From assembly GCA_045546335.1 (NCBI GenBank), contig JAZQCO010000084.1:564-64563 (forward strand): DNA of 64,000 nt, read 5' to 3'. A program made the translations under genes and the position numbers. The notes under the pieces are model-generated. The model searched no databases. It had not been told where the DNA came from and worked only from the letters and a program-made list of their open reading frames with translations. Positions 7,161-15,335 of this stretch are shown in pieces (positions within the stretch are counted from its first letter, which is position 1; each line of letters begins with the position of its first letter). Source of the DNA: Candidatus Limivicinus sp. GTDB taxonomy: Bacteria > Bacillota > Clostridia > Oscillospirales > Oscillospiraceae.

Positions 7161-8495
7161 TTACTTCCAGCCGAAGGTGACGAGACCGTAGATATACAGC
7201 GCCGCGACGCAGATGGGGACGAAGAACTTGAAGATCGGCTTCATCCAGCTCTGCACCTTCAGACCCTTACCGGCGTTGGCTTCGGCCACGAAGTTATCCC
7301 AGCCCCAGCCGATCTTGAAGCAGCAGAACAGCGAGAACACCAGCGCGCCGAGAGGCAGGAGGTTGGTGCTGACGATGAAATCCCAGAAGTCCAGCCATGC
7401 GCTGCCCTCAGCGAAGGGCTGGAAGTGGAACACGCTGTAGCCCAGCGCAGTGGTGAGCGCCAGCAGGAAGATGCCCACGCCGCAGGTGATGCAGCCCTTG
7501 GGACGGCTCCAGCCGGTGAGCTCACGCACGCAGGCGAGGATGTTCTCGAACACGGCCAGCTCCGTGGAGAAGGCGGCGAAGACCATGAACAGGAAGAACA
7601 GCGAGCCCCAGATGCGCCCGCCCGCCATATTGTTGAAGACAGTCGCCATCGTGTCAAAGAGCAGGGAGGGGCCGGCGTTGACCTCGATCCCGTAGGTGAA
7701 GCAGGCGGGGAACATGATGAAGCCCGCCATGATGGCGACGAAGGTGTCGAGCAGGATGACGTTCACGCTCTCACCGAGCAGGCTGTGATCCTTGCCGATG
7801 TAGCTGCCGAAGATGGCCATGGAGCCGATGCCGATGGAAAGGGTGAAGAAGGCCTGGTTCATAGCGCCGACGATGACGGAGCCGTTGATCTTGCCGAAAT
7901 CGGGCACGAGGTAGAATTTCAGCCCCTCCTTGGCGCCGGGAAGTGTGGCGCTGTGGATGCTGAGGATCAGCATGAGCGCGAAGAGGGCGATCATCAGGTA
8001 CTTGGTGACGCGCTCGAGGCCGCCCTGCAGGTTGAAGCTCAACACGCCGAAGCCGAGTACGACGGCGATGAGCAGGAAGAGCACGTTCACGCCGGGGTTG
8101 GTGATCATGGCGACGAAGCCGAGGTCGGCGGTCTGGCCGGTGAGGAAGCGGACGAAGTAGTACATCATCCAGCCGGTGACGACCGTGTAAAACGCCATCA
8201 GGGCGATGTTGCCGAGCAGGGCGAAGTAGCCGTGGATATGCCATTTCTGACCCTTTTTCTCGAGCGCCTGGTACATTTTGACCGGGCTCTTCTGCGCGGC
8301 GCGGCCGACGGCAAACTCCATCGTGAGCGCGGGCAGACCGAGCAGCAGCAGGCACAGCGCGTACACCAGCACGAAGCCGCCGCCGCCGTACTGACCGGTC
8401 ATCCAGGGGAATTTCCACACATTGCCGCAGCCGATCGCACAGCCGGCGCTGACGAGCAGGAAGCCCAGACGGGATTTGAAGCTCTCTCTTTCCAT
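7161..8495 (-). CDS. sodium-dependent transporter, neurotransmitter:sodium symporter (NSS/SNF) family
   Basis: 444-aa polytopic ORF. N-terminal SRLGFLLVSAGCAIGCGNVWKFPW matches the NSS signature (GxGNxWRFPY-like). Confidence 0.9.
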   Translation of the reverse strand: MERESFKSRLGFLLVSAGCAIGCGNVWKFPWMTGQYGGGGFVLVYALCLLLLGLPALTMEFAVGRAAQKSPVKMYQALEKKGQKWHIHGYFALLGNIALMAFYTVVTGWMMYYFVRFLTGQTADLGFVAMITNPGVNVLFLLIAVVLGFGVLSFNLQGGLERVTKYLMIALFALMLILSIHSATLPGAKEGLKFYLVPDFGKINGSVIVGAMNQAFFTLSIGIGSMAIFGSYIGKDHSLLGESVNVILLDTFVAIMAGFIMFPACFTYGIEVNAGPSLLFDTMATVFNNMAGGRIWGSLFFLFMVFAAFSTELAVFENILACVRELTGWSRPKGCITCGVGIFLLALTTALGYSVFHFQPFAEGSAWLDFWDFIVSTNLLPLGALVFSLFCCFKIGWGWDNFVAEANAGKGLKVQSWMKPIFKFFVPICVAALYIYGLVTFGWK

Positions 8496-8527
8496 AATAA
8501 ACCTCCATCCTAATAGGGAATATGCAC

Positions 8528-8556
8528 AGTATAGCGCCGTCTGCCAAAAAATGCAA
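8528..8556 (-). promoter_or_regulatory. putative promoter of the NSS transporter gene
   Basis: Minus strand reads TTGCAT-17 nt-TATACT, about 30 nt upstream of the GGAGG RBS and the ATG at 8495. Confidence 0.4.
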
Positions 8557-8741
8557 TCAAAAAATTTGCTTCTTTAAAGAAAAAAAGTGCGCCCGCATCA
8601 TTTTGATGATCGTAGGAAAGAGAATGAAACGATGGATTGTCAAAATACACAAAAGTCGCTGTATTGCGGAGGAGAAACTCTTGTGGAAAAGCGGAGGGGA
8701 AACTGGAATAAAAGCAGTTCGCGAGAGTGCCTATTCTTGCC

Positions 8742-8910
8742 GTAGGGGCGCTTCACGAAGCGCCCGGCAGCAAAATCAAGATATCTGTAAAAAGTTGGGC
8801 GAATCCGCTGTTTATACGAATTCGCCCAACTTTTCAAGTGTTGATATTTTCACTGCACGGGCGGCTGATAGCCGCCCCTACGGCTGCTCTTGTCGTTTTG
8901 AGACAGCCCC
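8742..8910. repeat. REP/REPIN-like composite repeat (family A, long variant, copy A1)
   Basis: Three parts: GTAGGGGCGCTTC-ACG-AAGCGCCC (8742..8765); AAAAGTTGGGCGAAT...ATTCGCCCAACTTTT (8790..8834); GGGCGGCT-GAT-AGCCGCCCCTAC (8859..8881) plus a TTTTGAGACAGCCCC tail. It is the reverse-complement copy of 52930..53075. Confidence 0.7.
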
Positions 8911-8921
8911 CTGCAAGGTAT

Positions 8922-9917
8922 TCACAGATTCAGCTTTTTCCTCAGATCCTCTCCGTGGAAGGGCAGCACCTGGAACTCCCCGCTCAGGCGGGAGCAGATC
9001 TGAGGCGTGTAGCGTTTTTTGAGCTCCTCGTCCGCGAGATTGGTGCTGATGATGATACTGCGCTTGTTGACAAGGCGGGTGTTGAGCAGCGTATAGAGCG
9101 CGCTGAGCGCCACGGGGCCGGGCATCTCAGTGCCGAGATCGTCGAGGATCATCAGATCGCAGGAGAGCATCCGCTTGACCCGGCGGTCGGCGGCCTCGAA
9201 CTCGTCGCTCTCGCGGGCGAATTTTTGCCGCTCAAAGGCCTCAAAGGCGGCGGCGGCGCTGTCATAGCACACCGAGTAGCCCTTCGCCGCGACGGCGCGC
9301 GCCACACAGGCGGACAGATAGGTCTTGCCGAGGCCGGTGCTGCCCTGCATGAGCAGGTTGAGGTTTGTGTTCGGGAAGGCGTTGGCGAAGGCGCGGCAGA
9401 TGTCGAGGTTGATCGCCATGGTGTCGCGCGGCGAGAGGCCGTGCCTCGGGTCGAGCTGCGTGCTGTAGAGACTGAGGTTGAAGCGCTCGAAGCTCTCATC
9501 GCCCCGCTGCAGGAGCGTGCTGAGCTCGCGCGTGAGCTCCTGGTTGTACAGGGTCTTCAGACACTGGCACATGATGCCTTCCTTTTCCCCGTAATCGTGG
9601 CAGTTCTTGCAGGAGTAGATCGGGTCGAGGTAGTCGATCGGCCAGCCGTGCTCGACCAGCAGCTCCGCGCGGTGCGCCTGCAGGGCGAGGTTTTCCGCCT
9701 TGAGCGCGTCGATCTGCTCCTGGAGATCGGGGCGCTTGGAGAGCGTGAGGCGTATGAGGCGCGACATCTGGGCGCGCAGTGTCAAGTCGATCTGCTCGAT
9801 CTCCGGCACCCGCGCATAGGCCAGCTTGAGCCGCCGCTGCGCCTCGTCCTCGTTGCGCTGCCGCCGCTGTTCAAGCTGCTCACGCGCGCGAGCCAGCAGT
9901 TTTCCGTCGTATGGCAT
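8922..9917 (-). CDS. dnaI: DnaI/DnaC-like helicase loader ATPase
   Basis: 331-aa ORF with a GAGGAGGG RBS. Cys-rich CKNCHDYGEKEGIMCQC N-terminal domain, Walker A GSTGLGKTYL and Walker B DLMILDDLG, as in primosomal DnaI/IstB-like AAA+ proteins. Confidence 0.7.
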   Translation of the reverse strand: MPYDGKLLARAREQLEQRRQRNEDEAQRRLKLAYARVPEIEQIDLTLRAQMSRLIRLTLSKRPDLQEQIDALKAENLALQAHRAELLVEHGWPIDYLDPIYSCKNCHDYGEKEGIMCQCLKTLYNQELTRELSTLLQRGDESFERFNLSLYSTQLDPRHGLSPRDTMAINLDICRAFANAFPNTNLNLLMQGSTGLGKTYLSACVARAVAAKGYSVCYDSAAAAFEAFERQKFARESDEFEAADRRVKRMLSCDLMILDDLGTEMPGPVALSALYTLLNTRLVNKRSIIISTNLADEELKKRYTPQICSRLSGEFQVLPFHGEDLRKKLNL

Positions 9918-9929
9918 TTCTATCCCTCC

Positions 9930-10886
9930 TCAGCTCTCACGCAGCTTTTGCAGCACGCCCTTGAGCCTGTCCACGTCGATGGGCTTGACCTCCGCCGCCT
10001 GGGGCGCGGCGCTGCGGCGGCTTGCGCCGTGGCTGGGCTCTCTGGCCTCGATCGCGGCGCGCTCATGCAGCCCCGCCTCGTGCCAGCGGGCGAGGATCTT
10101 GTTCATATACGGCCACTTGAGGCCGTTGGTGTTGTATACGGTGCGCTCGTAGGCGAGCTGGATCGCCCCGTCCTCGAAGCCCTGCTCCAGCCAGGCTTCG
10201 ATATGCCGCCGCTCGGGCACGGTGAGCGCGCGCCCGTCGAGCTGCAAAAGACGCTGGATGCGCCCGACCGATGCGTCGCGGTCGCGCTCGTGCCGCAGAT
10301 GCTCCTCCACCTGCTCGTGCGTCATCAGCTCGAGATTCGCCCAGTGATAGGCCGTAGTCTGGATCGTGCGGAAGCTCGGGCGGCTGCCCGGCGTGCGCGC
10401 CTCGGCGCGCTCGGCGCAGTAGTTGAGCAGGAGAAAGACGACCTCGGTCGGGAAGCGCAGGTAATCGACGATCCCCGCGAGGATGCCGAGCTCCGCCGTG
10501 CTGAGCTGCCGCCCCTTGACGCGCGCGGCCTCGGCGCAGATCGCCGCGAAGTCGGCGCTGCTCTCGGAGAGCGCCTGGATCTCCTGCGCGGTGTACTGCG
10601 GCATCTCATCCGCGGGGGGCAGGTAGCTCGCGCTCTGCGGCGTCTCGTTATGCCGGGGCTTTGCGGGCGCAGCGACCTCACCCTCGCCGCACAGCCCCAT
10701 GCGCCGCAGCTTCTCTTCCGCACTCTGCAGCTCGGCGAGGGTGCGGCACAGGGCGCGCGCGGCCTGCTCGAGATCCGCGCCGGGCTGCTGCTGCCGGAAG
10801 AGCCAGAGCAGCGCCACGTCCCCGTCGTGGGCGGCGACAAGGCGCTCGATGGCTGTGGAATTGTCGATCACGGTATGCGCTGTCAT
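9930..10886 (-). CDS. DnaD-domain replication initiation protein (DnaB/DnaD-like)
   Basis: 318-aa ORF immediately upstream of the loader gene. Two DnaD-like repeats (ILAGIVDYLRFPTEVVFLLLNYC and GAIQLAYERTVYNTNGLKWPYMNKILARWHEAGL). Confidence 0.7.
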   Translation of the reverse strand: MTAHTVIDNSTAIERLVAAHDGDVALLWLFRQQQPGADLEQAARALCRTLAELQSAEEKLRRMGLCGEGEVAAPAKPRHNETPQSASYLPPADEMPQYTAQEIQALSESSADFAAICAEAARVKGRQLSTAELGILAGIVDYLRFPTEVVFLLLNYCAERAEARTPGSRPSFRTIQTTAYHWANLELMTHEQVEEHLRHERDRDASVGRIQRLLQLDGRALTVPERRHIEAWLEQGFEDGAIQLAYERTVYNTNGLKWPYMNKILARWHEAGLHERAAIEAREPSHGASRRSAAPQAAEVKPIDVDRLKGVLQKLRES

Positions 10887-11049
10887 AGTCTCAGATCCGT
10901 CTTTTCACAAAGAATTTACAAGCTCCCGCATTATACCATCAAAATTGACTTGTCGCAAGGGGGTGTTCTATGTTATAATACCCCATGTTATTGTGACCAG
11001 ACCGCGCTGGCTGATGGCGGCGCGGCAGACCAATGGAGTTAAGATAGAG

Positions 11050-13134
11050 ATGATCGAACTGTTATCACCCGCCGGCTCGCCGGAAGCCGTCATCGCCGCT
11101 GTCCAGAACGGCGCGGACGCGATCTATCTGGGGCTCGACGGCTTCAACGCCCGCCGGGGCGCGAAAAATTTCAGCGCGGAAGAATTTGAAAAGGCCGTGC
11201 GCTACTGCCGTATCCGCGGCTGCAAGGTGTATGTGACGCTCAACACCCTCGTGGGCGACCGCGAGCTCAAGGACGCCGTAAACGCGGCGGGGCTGGCCTC
11301 CGAGTGCGGGGCGGACGGCATTATTATCCAGGATCTCGGGCTCATCAAGGCCGTGCGCATGGCGCTGCCGGATATCCCGCTGCACGCGAGCACGCAGATG
11401 ACCATTCACAACCTCGCGGGCGTGGAGGCGGCGGCGCAGCTCGGCCTCACGCGCGCGGTGCTTGCGCGCGAGCTGAGCCTCGAGCAGATCCGCTACATCA
11501 CGCGCAGCGCCTCCATTGAGACGGAGGTGTTTGTCCACGGGGCGCTGTGCTTCTGCCACTCCGGACAGTGCTACATGTCCGCCCTCATCGGGCGGCGCAG
11601 CGGCAACCGGGGGATGTGCGCCCAGCCCTGCCGGATGCAGTACAGCCTCGGCGGGCGGATGGACGACTATCCGCTCTCGCTCAAGGATCAGTGCCTCGCC
11701 GACCGCCTGCAGGAGCTCGAGGACGCGGGCGTGGCGAGCCTCAAGATCGAAGGGCGCATGAAGCGGCCGGAGTACACCGGCATCGTGACCGGCGTCTATG
11801 CCAAGGCGCTGCGCGAGCACCGCAAGCCCACCGCCGAGGAGATGAACCTGCTCGAGCAGGCCTTCTCCCGCCAGGGCTTCACCCAGGGCTATTTTGACGG
11901 CAACCTCTCCGACATGTTCGGCACCCGCAGCGCGACGGAGAAGCCCGACGAGGCGATCTTCACCCGCGCGCGCCGCGCTTACGCCGACGGCGAGCTGCGC
12001 CGCGTCCCGGTGCATTTCTATACCCTGATCGAGAAAGGAATGCCCGCGCGCGCCATCGCCTTTGACGACGACGGCAACAAGGCCGTGACCTTCGGCCCCG
12101 TGCCCGAGCGCGCGAAGAAGCAGGGGCTGACGAAGGAATATCTCAGCGATCAGATGTTCAAAACCGGCGGCACGCCGTACAACGTCGTGGAGAACAGGGC
12201 GAAGGCCGATCCCGGTCTCTTCCTGCCCGCCGCCGCGATCAACGAGCTGAGGCGCAAGCTGATAAACGCCATCTCCGAGGAGCGCGCCAAAGCCCCGCAG
12301 CGCCGCAGGTTCGAGCTGCCGCCCATGCCGAAGGCGCTGGTGCAGCCGGCGGAGCCGAAGATCATCTTCCAGCTTCGCACGGCCGAGCAGCTCAGCGACG
12401 AGCTTGCCGCGCTCAAGCCGGACTATCTGTACTTCCCTGTCATGGAGATGGCGGCGCACTTTGACGCGCTCAAGCCCTTTGTCGAGCAGGGTGTGACGCT
12501 CGTGGCGGTGCTGCCGCGCATCATCACCGACGCGGAGACCGAGCCTGTGCAGAGAGCGCTCGAGACGGTCTTTGCCGCCGGGGTGAACGAGGCGCTGGTG
12601 GGCAATCTCGGGCATATCTACCTGGCGCGCAACGCCGGGCTGCGCGTGCGCGGCGACTTCGGGCTCAACGCCTTCAACGCCCAGACGCTCGATATGCTGC
12701 ACGCAGCGGGGCTCATGTCGGCGACGGCCTCCTTCGAGCTGCGCCTGAGCCAGATCCGCGAGATGCCAAAGCCTCTCGACACCGAGGCGATCATTTACGG
12801 CCGCCTGCCGCTCATGGTCTCGGATCAGTGCGTCATCAAGCACTCCTCCGGCCGCTGTAGCTGCCAGACCCCGGCGCAGATGGCCGACCGTATGGGCTCG
12901 GTGTTCCCGGTGGTCAAGGAGTACGGCTGCCGCAACGTCATCTACAACGCCCACAAGCTCTATCTGGCCGACAAGAAGGACGATCTGTTCTCCTCCGGCC
13001 TCTGGGGCGTGCGGCTCATGTTCACCACCGAGAGCGCGCGCGAGTGCGTCGAGGTGGCGAAGGGGCACCTCGGCCTCACCGACTACCGCCCGAACGTGCT
13101 CACGCGCGGGCTGTATTACCGGGGAGTGGAATAA
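11050..13134 (+). CDS. U32-family peptidase (collagenase-like) with a long C-terminal extension
   Basis: In-frame ATG at 11050 (MIELLSPAGSPEAV...). EVFVHGALCFCHSGQCYMS matches the U32 signature E-x-F-x-H-G-x-x-C-x4-G-x-C-x-x-S. The ORF-track start at 10699 would overlap the divergent dnaD-like gene. Confidence 0.85.
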   Translation: MIELLSPAGSPEAVIAAVQNGADAIYLGLDGFNARRGAKNFSAEEFEKAVRYCRIRGCKVYVTLNTLVGDRELKDAVNAAGLASECGADGIIIQDLGLIKAVRMALPDIPLHASTQMTIHNLAGVEAAAQLGLTRAVLARELSLEQIRYITRSASIETEVFVHGALCFCHSGQCYMSALIGRRSGNRGMCAQPCRMQYSLGGRMDDYPLSLKDQCLADRLQELEDAGVASLKIEGRMKRPEYTGIVTGVYAKALREHRKPTAEEMNLLEQAFSRQGFTQGYFDGNLSDMFGTRSATEKPDEAIFTRARRAYADGELRRVPVHFYTLIEKGMPARAIAFDDDGNKAVTFGPVPERAKKQGLTKEYLSDQMFKTGGTPYNVVENRAKADPGLFLPAAAINELRRKLINAISEERAKAPQRRRFELPPMPKALVQPAEPKIIFQLRTAEQLSDELAALKPDYLYFPVMEMAAHFDALKPFVEQGVTLVAVLPRIITDAETEPVQRALETVFAAGVNEALVGNLGHIYLARNAGLRVRGDFGLNAFNAQTLDMLHAAGLMSATASFELRLSQIREMPKPLDTEAIIYGRLPLMVSDQCVIKHSSGRCSCQTPAQMADRMGSVFPVVKEYGCRNVIYNAHKLYLADKKDDLFSSGLWGVRLMFTTESARECVEVAKGHLGLTDYRPNVLTRGLYYRGVE

Positions 13135-13249
13135 AATGAAAAGTGAAAAGTGAAAAACGAAAAATGATAGTGTCCGCTGCGCGGACATATTGAAATCCGT
13201 CGCCATCAGGCGACACCAAAATTTTTCACTTTTATCTTTTCACTTTTAA
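13134..13249. repeat. A-arm/T-arm palindromic element enclosing two GC mini-hairpins (family B, copy B1)
   Basis: AAAATGAAAAGTGAAAAGTGAAAAACGAAAAATGA, then GTCCGC-TGC-GCGGAC (13172..13186), then GTCGCC-ATCA-GGCGAC (13199..13214), then TTTTTCACTTTTATCTTTTCACTTTT. Starts at the U32 stop codon. Confidence 0.7.
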
Positions 13250-13271
13250 CTTGCATATTGGGAGACAAGCC

Positions 13272-13844
13272 ATGGACATTATCCTTGCGTCCGCCTCTCC
13301 GCGGCGGAGAGAGCTGATGGAGATGCTGGGGACGCGGAATCTGCGTATCCTCCCCGCCGTGGGCGAGGAGATCCCGCCCGCGCACGCCGACGGGGCGGAG
13401 CTGGTCAAGGCGCTCGCGCTGCAAAAGGCGCGCGAGGTCGCCGCCCGCGTCGAGGCGGACGCGCTCGTGATCGGGGCGGACACCATCGTCTGGGTGGACG
13501 GCCGTCCCTTCGGCAAGCCCCACAGCGAGGCGGATGCCGCCGCGATGCTGCGCCGCCTCTCCGGCGACTGCCATACGGTCTACACCGGCGTCGCCGTGCT
13601 GCACGGCGGCGAGACGCTGGTGGAGGCGGAGGAGAGCCGGGTCTGGTTCCGGGAACTCACGGACGCGGAGATTTCGCGCTACATCGCCACCGGCGAGCCG
13701 ATGGACAAGGCCGGCGCTTACGGGGCGCAGGGCAAAGGCGCGCTGTTCGTGCGCGCGATCGAGGGCGACTTCTTCAACGTCATGGGGCTGCCCCTCTGCC
13801 GCCTGGGACAAATGCTCAAAAAAATGGGAGTGGAGCTTCTTTGA
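13272..13844 (+). CDS. maf: Maf-like nucleoside triphosphate pyrophosphatase (septum formation protein)
   Basis: MDIILASASPRRRELM..., GADTIV and AGAYGAQGKGALF motifs. The start is taken at the ATG preceded by GGGAGA. Confidence 0.9.
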   Translation: MDIILASASPRRRELMEMLGTRNLRILPAVGEEIPPAHADGAELVKALALQKAREVAARVEADALVIGADTIVWVDGRPFGKPHSEADAAAMLRRLSGDCHTVYTGVAVLHGGETLVEAEESRVWFRELTDAEISRYIATGEPMDKAGAYGAQGKGALFVRAIEGDFFNVMGLPLCRLGQMLKKMGVELL

Positions 13845-14686
13845 AGGACTATTTCAAGAAAAACGGCATCCGTATCGCCGTCATCATCTTTGCCGTGACG
13901 CTCTTGGTGCTCGTCGGCAACACGACGCGCGACGACGGCCGTGTCGGCGCGCTGCAAAACGTCACCGGCATTGTCACCGCCCCGATGCAGAAGGTGCTCT
14001 CCTCGGCGGTCAACTGGTTCGACACGATCTACGGCTACCTGTACAAGTACGATTCCCTCCTCGCGGAGAACGAATCGCTGCGCGCCCAGCTCGCCGATGC
14101 CCAGCGCTCGGCGCGCGAGGGGATCGAGGCCAGCGAGGAGAACAAGCGTCTGCGGGAGCTGCTGTATCTGCGCAACAAGAAATCCGATCTCTATGTGGAG
14201 TCGGCGAAGGTCGTGCTCTGGTCGGCCTCCAACTGGTCCAACAGCTTCACCATCAGCAAGGGCAAGACCTCGGAGATCAAGCTGCACGACGCGGTCATCA
14301 CCGAGGAGGGCGTGCTCGTCGGGCAGATCACCGAGCTTGGCGACACCTGGGCGACGGTCTCCACGCTCATTGACGTGGACATGAGCGTCGGCGCCTTCGT
14401 CGGCACGACGGGCAGCTCCGGCATGGTGGTGGGCGAGTACGGGCTGATGAAGAACAAGCAGGCCAAGCTCACCTTCCTGGCCGACGGCGCGCAGATCTTC
14501 GTCGGCGACGAGGTGCTGACCTCCGGCTCCGGCGGCGCGTTTCCGCAGGGGCTTGTGATCGGCACGATCACAAGCGTGCAGACCGAGGCCGGCGGACAGA
14601 TCGAGTACGGCATCGTCGAGCCGCGCTGCGAGCTGGATTCGCTGGTGCAGGTCTTTGTCATCAAGAGTTTTACAGTCGTTGAATGA
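13841..14686 (+). CDS. mreC: rod shape-determining protein MreC
   Basis: TTG start overlapping the maf stop. N-terminal TM helix, coiled-coil (LLAENESLRAQLADAQ) and a beta-rich C-terminal domain. Followed by mreD and PBP2. Confidence 0.9.
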   Translation: MKDYFKKNGIRIAVIIFAVTLLVLVGNTTRDDGRVGALQNVTGIVTAPMQKVLSSAVNWFDTIYGYLYKYDSLLAENESLRAQLADAQRSAREGIEASEENKRLRELLYLRNKKSDLYVESAKVVLWSASNWSNSFTISKGKTSEIKLHDAVITEEGVLVGQITELGDTWATVSTLIDVDMSVGAFVGTTGSSGMVVGEYGLMKNKQAKLTFLADGAQIFVGDEVLTSGSGGAFPQGLVIGTITSVQTEAGGQIEYGIVEPRCELDSLVQVFVIKSFTVVE

Positions 14687-14723
14687 CGCCTCCGGCGCAT
14701 TTGCCGGGGCGGGGGAGCAGAGC

Positions 14724-15242
14724 ATGAACCGTCTTGCCGCGCTGATCGAAAAACTGGTTTTCACGCGCCTTGGCAGCAAAAAGCTGCTGCGGGGGCTGCT
14801 GTATATCTTCCTCTCGCTGCTCGCGCAGACGATGGTGCTCAACCGCGTGCGCATCCTCGGGGTCTGCCCGCTGGTACTGCCGGCGGTCGCGGTGGCGCTG
14901 GGGATGTTCCACGGCGCGAGCTGGGGTGCGATCCTCAGCCTCGTCATGGGCGTCTTTGCCGATATGGCCTTTGTCGAGAACACCGTGACCTTCACGCTGC
15001 TCTTCCCGCTGCTCGCCTTCGGCGCGGGCTTTCTCACCCGCTTTTACATCAACCGCCGCTTCTTTGCCTACATGGGTGCGGCGCTGCTCGGTCTGCTCGC
15101 GACGGGGCTTGTGCAGATGCTGCTGGTCATGGCGCGCGACAGCTTCGCCTTCGTGATGCTCCCGACGCTTCTGCTGCAAACGCTCTGGAGCTTCCCGCTC
15201 GCGGCGCTGGCCTATTATCCCGCCGCACACTGGCTGGACTAA
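14724..15242 (+). CDS. mreD: rod shape-determining protein MreD
   Basis: 172-aa polytopic membrane protein starting at the ATG after GGGGGAG. The call rests on its position between mreC and the PBP2 gene. Confidence 0.75.
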   Translation: MNRLAALIEKLVFTRLGSKKLLRGLLYIFLSLLAQTMVLNRVRILGVCPLVLPAVAVALGMFHGASWGAILSLVMGVFADMAFVENTVTFTLLFPLLAFGAGFLTRFYINRRFFAYMGAALLGLLATGLVQMLLVMARDSFAFVMLPTLLLQTLWSFPLAALAYYPAAHWLD

Positions 15243-15253
15243 AGTCAACCGAC

Positions 15254-15295
15254 CAGTCCCCAGGGGAGACTGCTTGATTGAGGGGCACTCCCCTC
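15254..15295. repeat. family C GC hairpins between mreD and the PBP2 gene
   Basis: CAGTCCCC-A-GGGGAGACTG (15254..15272) and GAGGGG-CACT-CCCCTC (15280..15295). The second is the loop-inverted twin of GAGGGG-AGTG-CCCCTC at 42749..42764; both are followed by TGAAC. Confidence 0.5.
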
Positions 15296-15335
15296 TGAAC
15301 ACCCCTGTCGCACCAATTTGATTTGAGGTAACTGC

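Noticed and set aside
10699-11049. Upstream extensions of several ORF-track frames: the U32 gene from 10699, hisS from 17980, the receptor from 34534, the permease from 37342, the rhodanese gene from 43012, the EAL gene from 52753, ridA from 57100, the FGGY gene from 61760 and the GAF gene from 42846.
   Set aside because: The extensions overlap neighbouring genes, terminators or promoters and lack an RBS. Internal starts have Shine-Dalgarno sequences and give canonical family N-termini.
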